A stretch of 64,000 nucleotides of DNA from Octopus bimaculoides. Taxonomy: Eukaryota. The position numbers and the translations under genes were made by a program. Position 1 is the first letter of the stretch, and the number at the start of each line of letters is the position of its first letter. The notes beneath the pieces were generated by a model that was not told the origin of the DNA, ran no database searches, and saw only the letters and a list, made by a program, of their open reading frames with translations. Location of the stretch: assembly GCF_001194135.2 (NCBI RefSeq), contig NC_068982.1:33388948-33452947 (forward strand). Reading direction: 5' to 3'. This document shows positions 38,664 through 52,217 of the stretch, piece after piece.

Positions 38664-38720
<57 letters not shown>

Positions 38721-39095
38721 TATGTATATATATTAAAAGGTTGTGTTCAATAACAGTATCACTGCCTTCTATTGTGTTGCATCTATTTGAAAGGTAAAAT
38801 GCTCTCACGGAAGTTGTTAGATTTTTAGAAAATCTCTGTTAAAGATAGCTGAAACTGTAGGTAAATGTACAATTGACAATCAAATTGATATTAAAGTATT
38901 AAAAAATGAAACCATGCAATGTGAAATGTTGGAGAGATAAGGCAGCAGAAGCAGAGGTAAAAGAAAAAACAAGCATGCAGTGTTTTGAATGTTTAATGAA
39001 TGGATATATAAACATTATATATATATGTATATATGTGGTACAGCATTGTACATATATATATACATAAATAAAAAAAAAATTGAAGCAAAACTCAC

Positions 39096-39125
39096 TCATT
39101 ATCCTCAAGCTTTTGGGTATAATAT
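39096..39125 (-). CDS. Coding mini-exon G (30 nt, frame-preserving; YYTQKLEDN|D)
   Basis: Acceptor tttctcttgtaacctttcag|A; donor ATGA|GTGAGT. Phase 2 to 2. Confidence 0.75.
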
Positions 39126-41143
39126 CTGAAAGGTTACAAGAGAAATTTGTGATCAACCCACCAAGTTATACTAATATGACCCAGTGGAAAATCTATTGAA
39201 ACTGGTGCAGGTGTGCATTAGAAAAGTATCCCAACAATATTTTAAGTGTGCCACCAAGAGTGAAAGAAATAATGCTGTAATGATACTAATGGATAAGATA
39301 CTTTTTAGGCTCATAGCTCAATAACTATGAATGTATATCCTGCCAGAAGCTTTTTTTTTTTTTTCATACATCCTGATGTAATGAAGATTCAACTAAATGG
39401 AAATTATTCCGCATTGCAATGAAGATGGTTAGCTCATAAATAAATGGTTTAGGGTGATCCTAAATATGTTGACTATGTCATAACTGTAGAGGAAAGTTGT
39501 TTATTAACAATGCCAAGGCACATTTGCTCAGACTATTATTGTAAACAGCTGGAAAAAATATTTTAATAACTATGTTACTAGAACAATGAGAGTATACAGA
39601 ACTTCAGTGAAAACTATTCTAACACAAAATATAATCCAGCTACCTCCTAGGTATACACAGATATTTAATCATGTATACACTTCTTAGAACTATATGTTAA
39701 TGAATGCACATATACTACTACCAGCAACACACAAGAGAAGAGAGGCGAGAGAGAGAGAGAGAAAGAGAGAGAGAGAAAGAGAAATTTGCATACAGAGTAA
39801 AGAAGTTATAGCTGTTAGAGTCATCAATTGTTTAGATTAATTATAAATAATCAAGTTATTTTAGCATGTTAAACTGAATATTTAACTAAGCACACATGCA
39901 CACTTTCACATATATAATTTCTACTTCAACTAAACACCTTGCCAGTATTGTTTGAATACAAATCATCTTCAAGTGAAACATCTAATGCCTACTTCCTCAG
40001 GTTGTTTTGAGATTTGAAATATTTTTTAAGTACTTTCTTCTACCTAAGTACAGCATCAGAAACTCGAATCAAGGTAGGTCATTCCTACCTTCACATACTT
40101 ATCCCTGAGTGCATGTGTATTAAATACATACAGCTCAAGAATATATACATAAGAGTAATGGTGTTACTATCTAGAAACCATTACTGCTGCAGACTTAGGA
40201 ATTAGACCTTACAATAACTAGGAAATGTTATACAAAAAATTATCAATGCACACAGAAAATCATTACATTTGGAATCAGAAAATAGGATATACATTACATC
40301 ACCAATAAAAAGAAATTATTAAGAATAGTAAATATCTAAGATGTTTGTTGGTTTGTTTGTTTGTTTTTGTTTTGTTTTTTTTTGTTTTTTTATTAAACCC
40401 CAAAATTAAAAACAAAATTGCAGCAACAAAATAACATAGAAATCAATTTGATAAATAAATAATAATAGAAAAGCCATTCAAGATCATATTTGCAACTACT
40501 TTTCCTAACAATGCATTACTATACTATCTACTGGACAAAGTAGGCAGCAGATAACAATGTGAAGGGGAGAATTGAATTTTAAGCAGGGAAGATGGATGCT
40601 AAATCTAATTCAACTTAGAAAAATGAACCAAGTGAAAAGAATACATATTCAAGCTATAAATGAGTGAATTATTAAATATATTTCTATTCACTGTATTAAT
40701 AAGCAAATTCTATCTTTCACATGAACAAAATATTTTAATTTCTGTACAAAAGAAATCTATTTAGATGACATAAGTGGCTGCACGTTGCATAAATTAGGGG
40801 AGATAACTACTAAGAAACCTTTTTAATTATTTTCCATTTTATGTCTAAGTTCAGCAGTAACTGAAAAATCATGGTTTCGGCAACACAAAATAGCTGCATA
40901 TCAAGACTTCAATTGACAGCCACTTGTATAAACTACTTAATTATAAACTAAGGGATACATATATTTCCATCTAAGCAAATAAATATATATCTTTCTCCAA
41001 GCATGATGCATGATTTTCCCAAGACTGAAACGAATGAAAAGAATGAAAGAAAAAAAAAGGACTGTAGCAATCTCAGGGCAATTTTATCAGTAGCTTTATA
41101 TATTAACTTCGTGCATGCATGTGTGTGTGTGTGTGTGTGTGTG

Positions 41144-41188
<45 letters not shown>

Positions 41189-41271
41189 GTGTGTATGTGT
41201 GAGAGAAAGAGAGAGAGAGAAATCATAGCTCAGTCTTTAAATACTTTTGGGTTTCTGTTCAACTACTTCAT

Positions 41272-41410
41272 CATCATCAATTAATGTCCAACTTCCATGC
41301 ATGTCTGGGTGGGACAGTTGACAGGAGCTGGCCAGGTAGAAGACTACCCAGGTTACTGTGTCTGTTTTGACAGAGTTTTTAAGGCTGGACGCCCTTCCTA
41401 ACACCAACCA
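41272..41410 (-). mobile_element. RTE-type tail fragment (inverted, diverged)
   Basis: CATCATCATC...GCCCTTCCTAACACCAACCACTC. Confidence 0.6.
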
Positions 41411-41617
41411 CTCTGCATTACTACTTTATGATAAACATTTGTACGTGTAAGTGTATGTGAAAGTGATATATATTTATATTAGACACGTTCTAAACAAAAT
41501 AATTGATATTCACAAAATGGTGAATATAAAGAATTGTCAAATTAAGAAATTTTTCCTATAAAAAATTTAAATCACATATCACATGATATGGAAATATCAG
41601 ATCCCATTAGATTACAA

Positions 41618-41659
<42 letters not shown>

Positions 41660-41793
41660 NNNNNNNNNNNNNNNNNNNNNNNNNNNNNNNNNNNNNNNNN
41701 NNNNNNNNNNNNNNNNNNNNNNNNNNNNNNNNNNNNNNNNNNNNNNNNNNNNNNNNNNNNNNNNNNNNNNNNNNNNNNNNNNNNNNNNNNNNN
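41660..41793. other. Assembly gap (N run)
   Basis: 134 N between (TA)n and (TG)n. Confidence 1.
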
Positions 41794-41971
41794 TGTGTGT
41801 GTGTGGAAAATAAAACAGGGTAGAAAATGCTTAAATAATTTTATCACGAAGATCATTTTAGTACCAATTTCAGTCTTTGTGACATTTTCAGCTTAGAGTA
41901 AGCCACAAAAAACAAATTGTGGAAAAAATAAATGGTACGTTTTTTCCCAAAAATATTTCTATTGTTTTCAA

Positions 41972-42950
41972 ATGCATGAAAGTATGGAGAGGCTTAAAGA
42001 ATTGCAAACACTTATAAATGGGCTTGATCTAAGCATTCTTTACATCCTCATTAAAAAATCTAACAACGAAAAACAAACAGGTATATACTATAAGCCCACC
42101 GACTCCAAGCAATATCTACTGCTCAACTCATGCGACCCCAGATACACTAGAATGAATATCCCTTTCAACCTAGCAAAAAGTATTTGTATTATAGTTTCTA
42201 ATACAAGCACCAGAGACACACAACTTTATGAACTAAAGGATACACTCATTACCAAGAACTACCCACCATCACTAAATGATATAGGCTTTCAATGTGCCCT
42301 ACAACTCAACATCCATAAACTCAGACAACCCAAATTAAGGAAGGATTTACAAGCAAAAGCCCTACCATACATCTCCACACACAACCCTCTTAACAATGAA
42401 GCCTTCAACACCATCCTCCAGAACATTCCTCTACTAAAAAGGGACCACAGAATAAATGTAATCCTCCAAACGCACACCATCATAAAGAGCAAGAGACAAC
42501 CCAAGTCTATGAAAAGTCTCTTAACACAAGCCCAAGTACTCTCAACAACAATACGAAAGCTGGAAGTAAATAAATGCAGAAGACCTAACTGTGATATATG
42601 TGTTAACCTAATTGAGAGATCAGAGTTCTCTTTCAAACAGGGTCAACATTTTACAATGAAAAACAACTACATGTGTGTTTCAGAGAACCTAATATATGTA
42701 TTAACTTGCCCTGGTATTGAGAGAAATACAAAGGCCAAACCAAAAACAGTCTACATCAATCCCAGATTAAAATTCAGAAATACAGAAAAATAGCATTCAG
42801 TGAACACATCGACATTTGCGCCACTAATAAACAACCCAGCTTCAGAATTTTTCCCCTCTATAAATTCAGGGACGATGCAGCCTGTAGTCAGCGCATTAGC
42901 AAAGAATCATATTTTAATCATAAAATATAAACCCCTTTTGAATGCGTCCA
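41972..42950 (+). mobile_element. Penelope-like element fragment: RT C-terminus/thumb, linker and GIY-YIG endonuclease (5'-truncated, frameshifted near 42715)
   Basis: The 273-aa ORF has IYYKPTDSKQYL...NIPFNLAKSIC, KCRRPNCDIC and NLIYVLTCPG. The shifted frame continues FSEHIDIC...FRIFPLYKF...KE. This order is typical of PLE RT-thumb plus GIY-YIG. Confidence 0.85.
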
Positions 42951-43821
42951 CCATAAATGACACTATTACAAGCGTGTTAGAATAATAACCACGCAAATAT
43001 TCAAAACGATATATTCAGAACAGTCACTACCCATGAATTCATCCAGAACAATTCCAATCACTATTATTACAACCACAACAGGTCACTTGACCATTTAAGA
43101 CAATTACACTAACACTCTACTACTGTCATACCACTCGCACATTTTTATTATATCTTCTATTCATATTCCTCCTTCTTCTTCTTTGCCACCACATTCCTCA
43201 GCTATTACTGCTGCTTATACAATCAAAACCAAGAACTCATATCAAATATTAGGACTGCTAACACCTGCTACCTGCTACCAAACCTTCACAAGAATAAAAA
43301 AGAGAGAAACAGACATACACAAAAAAGGAAAATGTCCCTTGCATTTAAAAACTATGGAAATATTGTTAAAAAACATTTCATTTAATTTTTTATAATTTAA
43401 TTCTTTTTAAAAACTGAAGCTGGTACTAAAATGTTCTTCGTGATAAAATTATTTTAGTATTTTCTACCTTGTCTTATTTTCCTTACACATATCAATTTGT
43501 GTGTTCCTTTTCAACTTTCTACACACGTACATACATACATATACATATATATATATATTTATATATTTATATATTTGATCCTTTATATTGAACACTCAAT
43601 ATTTCATCTACATTCAATACTTTCTTTCATGGTGCCATCCATTTTTATTTTATATTGTATATCATATTATATATTCCATATTCTATACCCCACATTAGTT
43701 CTGCAGGAATATAAATAAAACATAAAAAACAGACAGTGTTGGAACTCTTTTAAGCAAAATAATATATTCCTCTATACACGATCATACAAAAAACCCCACC
43801 TTTTTTGTATTTATTTTTACT

Positions 43822-43883
<62 letters not shown>

Positions 43884-44148
43884 CATGTATATATATATAT
43901 TATTATTATTATTACTATTATTTAAAACAGTTTGATTAGGCTCCCAGCGACTTAAAGTTTCAAAGACTCAGCGGCCTCAGCCCGATGAACTCAGTTCCTG
44001 TAATTAGTATGTGTGTATATATATGTATGTGTGTGTGTGTGTGTGTATATATATGTGTGTGTATATATGTGTGTGTATATATATGTGTATGTGTGCTTGT
44101 ATGTATATATGTGTGTGTGTGTGTGTTTATACATGTGGGTGTTTATAT

Positions 44149-44180
<32 letters not shown>

Positions 44181-44967
44181 GCAACATCAAATTTTTTATT
44201 TGGTTGAAATAATTAACCAGTTGCAAAACATTGTGAACATGGCAGTTGCCTGAGCATCTGGCATCATGGAAAGTTCTGTCAATAAAAATACGAAAAGATT
44301 GGTAGAACCAATTACTCTTTAATAAATGCACCAAGAAAGAACAAATAACTTAGTTATAAACTGCTTGAAATTTTAACATTATACTAAGAGAATGGTTCTA
44401 ATATGCATCCAAATCCTGATGGTTATAAAATAAAAAAAAACAAAAAAGTTTTCCAAAATTATTAAATTACTTTTAGTATGCAATATTTTGTTGGGTTTAC
44501 TTTCTTTCGCCGCCCAAGGTTTGTGTGTATGTGTGTGTAGTGTGTTTTCTTTGAAGTAGCAAAATAGCCATGCCAAAGATTTGTAAAGGTAACTATGTAA
44601 AAAAATTTTTTTTTTAAGTTAGTGCAAACCAAATGATGTTATCCTTGATTAGACAAAATGTCGTCATTACCAAATGTGCTGAAGAATAAAGTTTGAATAA
44701 GAACTAATGGAAGAGTGAGTGCAATTGAAGAGCAGGTAGGAAACTAACAGAGATGGCCAGAGATGAAAAACTGGTTGAATAACTACTTTAAACCATGTCC
44801 AGATGTATATGCATGAATATTTCCAATGTAGGTGCATAGGTAACAAAGGGAGGAAATTTCTAGAAAGCAAATGTTCATTCTTGCATACAAACTTTTCTAA
44901 TGAATGAATGGACTCAAAAAAAACCCCAAAAAAAATTGATGCATGCAGTGGATGAAGAAATACATAC

Positions 44968-45001
44968 TGTTTGTGTTGTCTTTTCATCTGTGGTATTACC
45001 C
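44968..45001 (-). CDS. Coding mini-exon F (34 nt; GVIPQMKRQHK|Q)
   Basis: Acceptor atatttaactttcag|G; donor AACA|GTATGT. Phase 1 to 2, the shift needed between exons E and G/H. Confidence 0.75.
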
Positions 45002-46681
45002 CTGAAAGTTAAATATATGAAATATTGTATTTTGAAGGAATAATATTGACACAGAAGAGAAAATGTGTTTTATATGTTTTTACACATAATTTCTTTACAT
45101 TAAAAAAACAAAAAAAAAAACTTCAATCAAAAGAAATATCATTATATTATTTACTACAACCATTACTACAAATACCAATAAACATATTTTTGTGTTTATG
45201 TTTGTATAGATTTAAGTGTTAAAAAAAAAAAGAACACGGGTGGAAAAGTAGATGTGAAAAATATAAAATAAATTTGATGAAAGTGAAAAGTAAAACAAAA
45301 TTATTTTCATTGTAACAAAACAAAAAACAATGGTTGGGTAAAATTATTTGCTGGGAAAGATTGCCAAAATCAGTTACTGTAATTCATGTTATAGTCATTT
45401 AAATTATTTACAAAAAACAGTCACTATGTCTGCAAAACTAAGTTATATAAATCTTCAGATTTATATATTCAAGGTTAATATAAGTTACATTATATCCAGA
45501 GATTTTAAATAATAGATATAATTGCTGTTTCCTTTTAATTTATGTATTTTGTACATATGGGTATTTTAATACTGATAACTGCATTATGGTCTCTATTCAG
45601 GCCAAATTCAGTATGAAGCCATTTATATTTGAAGGGTACTACTAACAAATTGAAGACGTGTGGCCTAGCAAAGTGTTCAGCTCTCAATCATAACGTTGGA
45701 GGTTCAATTCTTGGATAGGGTAGCATGTTATATCTTTGATCAAGGCATATCATTTTATGTTACTTTAATCTATTTATCTTTAATGAGTACCAGTCAGAGC
45801 TAGAACAGTGACAGAGAGAGAAGGAAGGCTAGAACAGCCTTCTTTCTCTTTCTGTCACATTCTGGATGTTCCACTAGGTAAAGGCTGAAGTAGCTGAGAG
45901 AGAATGTGTGCTTATTCATGATGACATAGACATCTAAAACAATTAGCAAAAGCATGGGACATACTGCGAACTCATACTCACTTATAAGTGATGGCTAGCT
46001 GTACTATGTTTGTTAAATTCATCTAAAAAGTTGTAGAACTGCTTTATTAAGAAAGCAGCAATTTCAAAGGTAAACTAAAAAGTTGTTATACTGGGGATAT
46101 AACACATAAACATAATGGTATATAAATAAAACAAAGAGTCCATGAAGCAAAGATCTAGAACATTAACACAGCTATCACAGTTGTTCTGGTCATCTTCCTG
46201 TTGTAAGAACAGGAGTGATTCCACAACCTTATGATTGAGAGCTGAACACTGTTAAGCTACACATTTATCTTCCTTAAGACTATTAAAAACTGCCATGTTG
46301 AAAACGATTTTTTGCTGAGAAAATATCAATTCTAGTATTTGGTAGATATTTAACATCATTACAGAGATAATATAATGATGAAATTTAATTTCACAGTTAA
46401 AGAGTCGATTGATTATTGAAAAGTAATAAATATGTGTTTGGAAATACATATTATATATATCTATACTTTTAAACTTATAGAATGAAATATGGAACAGCAT
46501 TTAAATAAAAACTGGCAATCATCTGAGTGAAGTGATTTTAGCAAAGCCTGAAAAACAAAGAAGTTTGAAACCATATTTTTCAACCACAAATGGTCATTCA
46601 AGATGTAAAACTGCAAAATTGTGTTTATCTTTAACACTGTGAAGAAGCAAATACTGAAACAACAGAATTATTGCCAGTTAC

Positions 46682-46841
46682 CCTTGGAACCATCTCTGGC
46701 AGCAGGAAGACATGATGTTGATGAGGATTTAGCAAAGTTCACACTAGGTGTAGCAGGAAAAGGGTAATTAGATACAAATACAGAGTCTGGGGAGTCTACT
46801 GCATCAGGAGAAGGCAAAGATGCAGAGTTGTTTTCCATAAT
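46682..46841 (-). CDS. Coding exon E (160 nt; IMENNSASLPSPDAVDSPDSVFVSNYPFPATPSVNFAKSSSTSCLPAARDGSK)
   Basis: Acceptor ttactttcatattttgtag|A; donor AAGG|GTAACT. Phase 0 to 1, no stop. Below the ORF-track length cutoff. Confidence 0.85.
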
Positions 46842-48074
46842 CTACAAAATATGAAAGTAAATACATTGGAAATAATATACAATTAACTGAAATGTCTGAA
46901 GAAAATAATTTCAAAAAATTTCTGTAAACTTTCTCATTTCTCTCCCTTGTTCTTATTCTGTTTTCTAAGGATAGTCGCAGCTGGTCTCAAGTCAGCAGGA
47001 TGGAAGCTTAATAGATAACAACAGTTCATATTCCACCATTGGCTATACTTTACTCTTAGCCAATACACATTATGATTTATTTTACCATGCTATTGATACT
47101 ATTCTGATGCTATTCCATAAGTAACAATTTAACATAAGCCTAGCTAAATAGATTGGGTATTTGTTAGTGGAATCTGTTAGTTTAATGATGCCAGACTTAT
47201 AGAAAGCCATGTTTCAGTCTTGGTGATAGAGCATCTTCTACTGTAGTACTATAGACCCACATAAGAGTAGCTGTTCCAACTGCAGTGAGTACATTTGAAG
47301 GAGTTATTTGCCAGTCAATGTATTTATTCAGAAAAAGAAAAGAAAATCAAAGGGCTTAAGTTCTTGTTATTCAAAATCACTGTGCAAATAAGATATTTGG
47401 TACAAAACCATATTTTTTAGCTAAAAAGTTGAAATTTTCACAGCTTATTTTCAGCCAAAACAAGGTAAGTCAACTTATACACCAAGACAACTTTGAAGGA
47501 CCAAAAATTCCATGTGAAATATAAGAGATGGAAAGATAGGGACAATGTTTACACTACATGTTTATATTATATAATGTGCTGACTTGTATGCCAGAAAATA
47601 TGGTAAATGTTCTGAAAAATTGTCTTCAGATTCCTTTGTATCAATAAACTATAACAATTTTCAATTGGAAATTCACTCTCAGAATTGTTTTTATACAAAA
47701 TTGTTTTAATACAAAAAGTATTACAAACTAAGAGAAAATGGAAAATGCAGTCCATCCCCAAAAGATTTTTAAACAGTTAAATTAAACAATATTCCACATC
47801 TGTGTGTTGCAGAAAGGGATATAAATGCGTATAAAGATACAAAATAATTATCAACTTCTATCAATGTTGCCCTCTCTCAGCAAAAGTCACCAGAGAATTC
47901 TAAACAATTTCCTATCACTCTAATTCTTCTCATACAACTCAACATTATCTTAACAGCTATTTCTAGCCTTCCACTTGACTACTGAACATACACACTTACT
48001 TTTATCTATTACTAACAACTGCAAACTGACAAAATCTGACAATAATTTCTCCAAGAAAGTTATTTATCAAAATG

Positions 48075-48470
48075 ATGCACAGGTATGGCTGTGCGGTAAT
48101 AAGTTTGTTTCCCACTGCATGGTATCTTGAGCAAGTGACTTCTGCTATAGTCCTGGTCCAATCAAAGCTTTGTGAGTGGTTTTGGTAGATGGAAACTAGA
48201 AGGTGCGTGTGTGGGGGGGGTATACTGTCTCCTTGTCTTGACTTCGCGTGATACTTGTGAAAGAGTGTCACTCTCATACATGTGGTGTCCTTCATTTCCG
48301 ATCTTCCGTGAAAACATGTCTGGTCATGGGAAAATATTACCTTACTTGGAAACAGGTGAGAGTGGATGACAAGAAGAGCATCAAGCCATAGGAAATCCAC
48401 TGCAACAAATTCCATCTGACTCATGCAAGCTTGGAAAAATGGACATTAAATTATTATTACTGGAGGAGGA
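48075..48470 (+). mobile_element. SINE with family A head/CORE and an RTE-like tail
   Basis: Colinear with 11478-11872. Confidence 0.65.
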
Positions 48471-48524
48471 GGATACCTCTTGTCAAATGGATTATTATTA
48501 TTTTTTTTTTTTTTTTTAAGGCAT

Positions 48525-48728
48525 CGAGCTGACAGAATTTTTAGCATGTTGGGCAAAATGCTTAGTGGTATTTCAGCTGCCACTACGCTTTGAGTTCAAA
48601 TTCTGCTGAGGTCGACTTTGACTTTCATCCTTTCAGAGCTGATAAATTAAGTACCAGTGAAACACAGGTCAATTTAATCAACTAGTCCCCACCCACAAAC
48701 TTCAGGCCTTGTGCCTATAGTAGAAAGG

Positions 48729-48766
<38 letters not shown>

Positions 48767-48990
48767 CATCAAGGTGGTGACATGACAGTATTGTTAGCAC
48801 ATCAATCAAAATTCTAAGCAACATTTCTTCTGGCTCTTTGCATTCCAAGTTCAAATTCCGCTGTGGTCAACTTTGCCTTTCATCCTTTTGGAGTTGATAA
48901 ACTATGTACCAGTGAAACACTGGGATCAATGTAATCGACTAGTCCCCTCCCCCAAATTTCAGGCCATGTACCTTTAGTGGAAAGGATTAT
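48525..48990 (+). mobile_element. Two head-to-tail family C SINEs separated by (ATT)n
   Basis: Copies at about 48525-48760 and 48770-48990, each ending GTAGAAAGGATTATT or GTGGAAAGGATTATT. Confidence 0.75.
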
Positions 48991-49231
48991 TATCATTGTT
49001 ATAGGAGGAGAGATGGAGCCCATGACCTTTGCAATAGGTTGCAGTCCAGGGTAGAAGAGATGGTCTGAGTGAGGATCAAGGTAGGAAAAGAGACAACAGA
49101 GCTAACATTAAACCAACACAAGTGGATTAGAGTACATTTCTCAACAGCATAGTGTAATATATGCAATATAACTTGAATCCTTGACCTACAACTAAAGAGC
49201 TTAACACTGTAATTACTTAGTGTTAAGCATT

Positions 49232-49437
49232 ACTCTTTTACTCTTTTACTTGTTTCAGTCATTTGACTGGGGCCATGCTGGAGCACCACCTTTAGTCGAG
49301 CAAATCGACCCCAGGACTTATTCTTTGTAAGCCTAGTACTTATTTTATCGATCTCTTTTGCCGAACCGCTAAGTTACGGGGACGTAAACACACCAGCATC
49401 GGTTGTCAAGCGATGTTGGGGGGACAAACACAGACAC

Positions 49438-49499
<62 letters not shown>

Positions 49500-49655
49500 G
49501 ATGGGCTTCTTTCTGTTTCCGTCTACCAAATCCACTCACAAGACTTTGGTCGGCCCGAGGCTATAGCAGAAGACGCTTGCCTAAGGTGCCAAGCAGTGGG
49601 ACTGAACCCGGAACCATGTGGTTGGTAAGCAAGCTACTTACCACACAGCTACTCC
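49232..49655 (-). mobile_element. Family A SINE, full length, young
   Basis: High identity to 29461-29917. Confidence 0.85.
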
Positions 49656-50179
49656 AGCACCTTTGGTAAAAAATTTTTTAAATAATTAATAACAATAAGG
49701 AATGATTTCAGATCATAGCTTATCATAGGTACAACCAATTAACTGTATCCTAATATGCAAATATTACTAACTGAATAAAAGGTTCTGCTGTATTTTTCAT
49801 CATACAAATTGATACAGTTTATAGTGTAAACTTTTGAACATCATCATAATCTTTCCAAATCCAGTAGCATTTCACATGGAATTTTTGGTCTTTCAAGGTT
49901 GTTAGGGTGTATAAATCAACCTACCTATCTTGGCTGTAGATTTTGGTGTATGCCACAAAATACAGTAATTTCAAAGTCAATATAAAAAAGTGCAGAAAAT
50001 GTTAAATGATAAGGTTCACAACTACATCTCAAACTGATATATTTCTTTATATTTTCCAGGTAATACATTTAATTTGATTAAATGTATTACTCCCCTTATC
50101 TTTAGGGAAAATGCATAATCTTTCAATAGAAGAGATGATTTACTTCCAATCTGCTACAGAAACTTATTCAGCATTAAAA

Positions 50180-50330
50180 CAACACAGCACCCTTGACTTT
50201 TGGAGACATTTTTTCACACTCAGAACTGCTGGAGCATGGAATAAACTACATGCATCACTTGTTAGATGTAGAGACACTACAATCTTCAAAACTTCCATTC
50301 TGCCTGTAATCTGCCAACAGTACACCTGAT
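50180..50330 (+). mobile_element. CR1-like LINE 3'-terminal fragment
   Basis: FFTLRTAGAWNKLHASLVRCRDTTIFKTS matches the CR1-type FFSxRVVxxWNxLPxxVVxAxSxxxFK end motif. Confidence 0.6.
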
Positions 50331-50415
50331 GCTCACCACTTTTTTTTTTTTTTCACTATTCACTTCCTGTGCATATTCTGTGTATTGTTCATGCAGCTTT
50401 GGTTTCTTTTTTTAA

Positions 50416-50646
50416 TTTCTTTATTGTCCACAAGGGGCTAAACATAGAGGGGACAAACAAGGACAGACAAAGGGATTCAGTCGATTACATCGACCCCAGT
50501 TCGTAACTGGTACTTAATTTATCGACCCCAAAAGGATGAAAGGTAAAGTCGACCTCGGCGGAGTTTGAACTCAGAATGTAATGGCAGACGAAATACCGCT
50601 AAGCATTTCACTTGGTGTGCTAACGTTTCCGCCAGCTCGTCGCCTT
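50416..50646 (-). mobile_element. SINE family C variant with a different 3' tail
   Basis: Head and central block as in family C; tail reads CCCTTTGTCTGTCCTTGTTTGTCCCCTCTATGTTTAGCCCCTTGTGG on the minus strand. Confidence 0.75.
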
Positions 50647-51086
50647 TGCTTTCTTTTTCTGATGAGTTGTAGTGCAACCGAGCACAGTATACAATGAGTT
50701 TATTATTATTATTATCATTATTATTGTTATTATTATTATCTATAGTTCATTCCTTCCATAAGTAAAGATTTACATAAGGGAGTTAACTATACATAATAAT
50801 CACTTATTAAATTTGTACTTTAAATTGAACAGCAAATTTGATAGACTCTGCAAAGCTTTCACTCAAAAGTATTTTCTATGGATGAGCATTTTATAAATAA
50901 TTTGATTTAGTTATAAGTAATTTGATTTGATTGATTTAATCAGATTACATAATCACATTCATGTGCCAGCAACTCTTTACAAGATCCTAATGAGTTTACA
51001 TCATAAATTCTTATTTGAAACTACAATTGTATTTACTTTATGATTTATACTTTATCAATGTATAAATCCCATTCTTAATTTTCTTT

Positions 51087-51298
51087 GCCAGTACCACCTG
51101 ACTGGCCCTCATGCCAGTGACACGTAAAATCACCCACTACACTCAGAGTGGTTGGAGTTATGGAGGGCATCCAGCTGTAGAATGCCAAATCAGATTGGAG
51201 CCTGATGCAGCCTTCTAGCTCGCCAGTCCTGAGTCAAACCGTCCAACCCATGCCAGCATGGAAAGCGGATGTTAACCGACGACGACGATGATGATGAT
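51087..51298 (+). mobile_element. RTE-type tail fragment
   Basis: Same UTR core with a (GAC)n/(GAT)n tail. Confidence 0.75.
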
Positions 51299-51630
51299 AT
51301 TCATACAAAGTCATCTGGACAAAAACTTTTGTCTTCAGCTTTCTGAATGTGAATAAACTCTTAAGTCTAACTTGAACAAACAACTTGAAAATTAAACAAT
51401 TTCTTTTTAAACTCTGATTAATATGAAATGGAAAACAATAATTTATTACAGGCATATAATTGGACTGCAGTCATGCTGGGATACCACGTTGATGGGTTTT
51501 AGTTTGACAAATCAACACCAGTAATTAATTTTATAAGCATGGTACTTATTCTATCTCTCTCTTTTTGCTTAACCACTAAGTTATAGGGATGTAAAACAAA
51601 GGTCGTCAAGTAGTGGTGGCAGACTAACAA

Positions 51631-51667
<37 letters not shown>

Positions 51668-51674
51668 AATATAT

Positions 51675-51810
51675 ATCATCATCATCATCATCGTTTAACG
51701 TCCGCTTTCCATGCTAGCATGGGTTGGACGATTTGACTGAGGACTGGTGAAACCGGATGGCAACACCAGGCTCCAATCTAAATTTGGCAGAGTTTCTACA
51801 GCTGGATGCA
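51675..51810 (-). mobile_element. RTE-type tail fragment (inverted, young)
   Basis: Near-exact reverse complement of part of 26230-26368. Confidence 0.8.
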
Positions 51811-52146
51811 CACGTGCACACACACGCATATATATACAATGGGCCCCTTTCAGTTTCTGTTTATCAAATCCATCCACAAGGCTTTAGTAGAAGATACTTG
51901 CCAGAGGTGGAGTAGGTCTGAACCTGAAACCATGCAGTTGGAAAGCAAACTTCTCACCACACATGTGAATAAAAATAACTAATTTCAAATTATAATTTTT
52001 AACCGTATTTATCAAAGAATAAAACACATTTACAGATAATAACTATGCCATTAAATACATTTAAAAAAATCCATTTGTATTTTAAAACTGACTGGCAGAG
52101 ACAAATCGTATTGAAGATACACATGAATGTTTGAAAGAATTATTAC

Positions 52147-52217
52147 CTTTCGGTAGTCAAACATAGCAGTTAAAGGCCAACTTGGTGGACGTTTATTATC
52201 AGTATATGCAGATTGAC
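52147..52217 (-). CDS. Coding exon D (71 nt; GQSAYTDNKRPPSWPLTAMFDYRK)
   Basis: Acceptor tttaatttgattacag|GT; donor CGAAAG|GTAATA. Phase 1 to 0. Confidence 0.85.

Noticed and set aside
40089-40104. 16-nt AG/GT-bounded segment on the minus strand, overlapping the 8-bp hairpin AAGGTAGG-TCATT-CCTACCTT
   Set aside because: Inserting it between exons F and G shifts G into a stop-containing frame, and the hairpin is too short to be significant.
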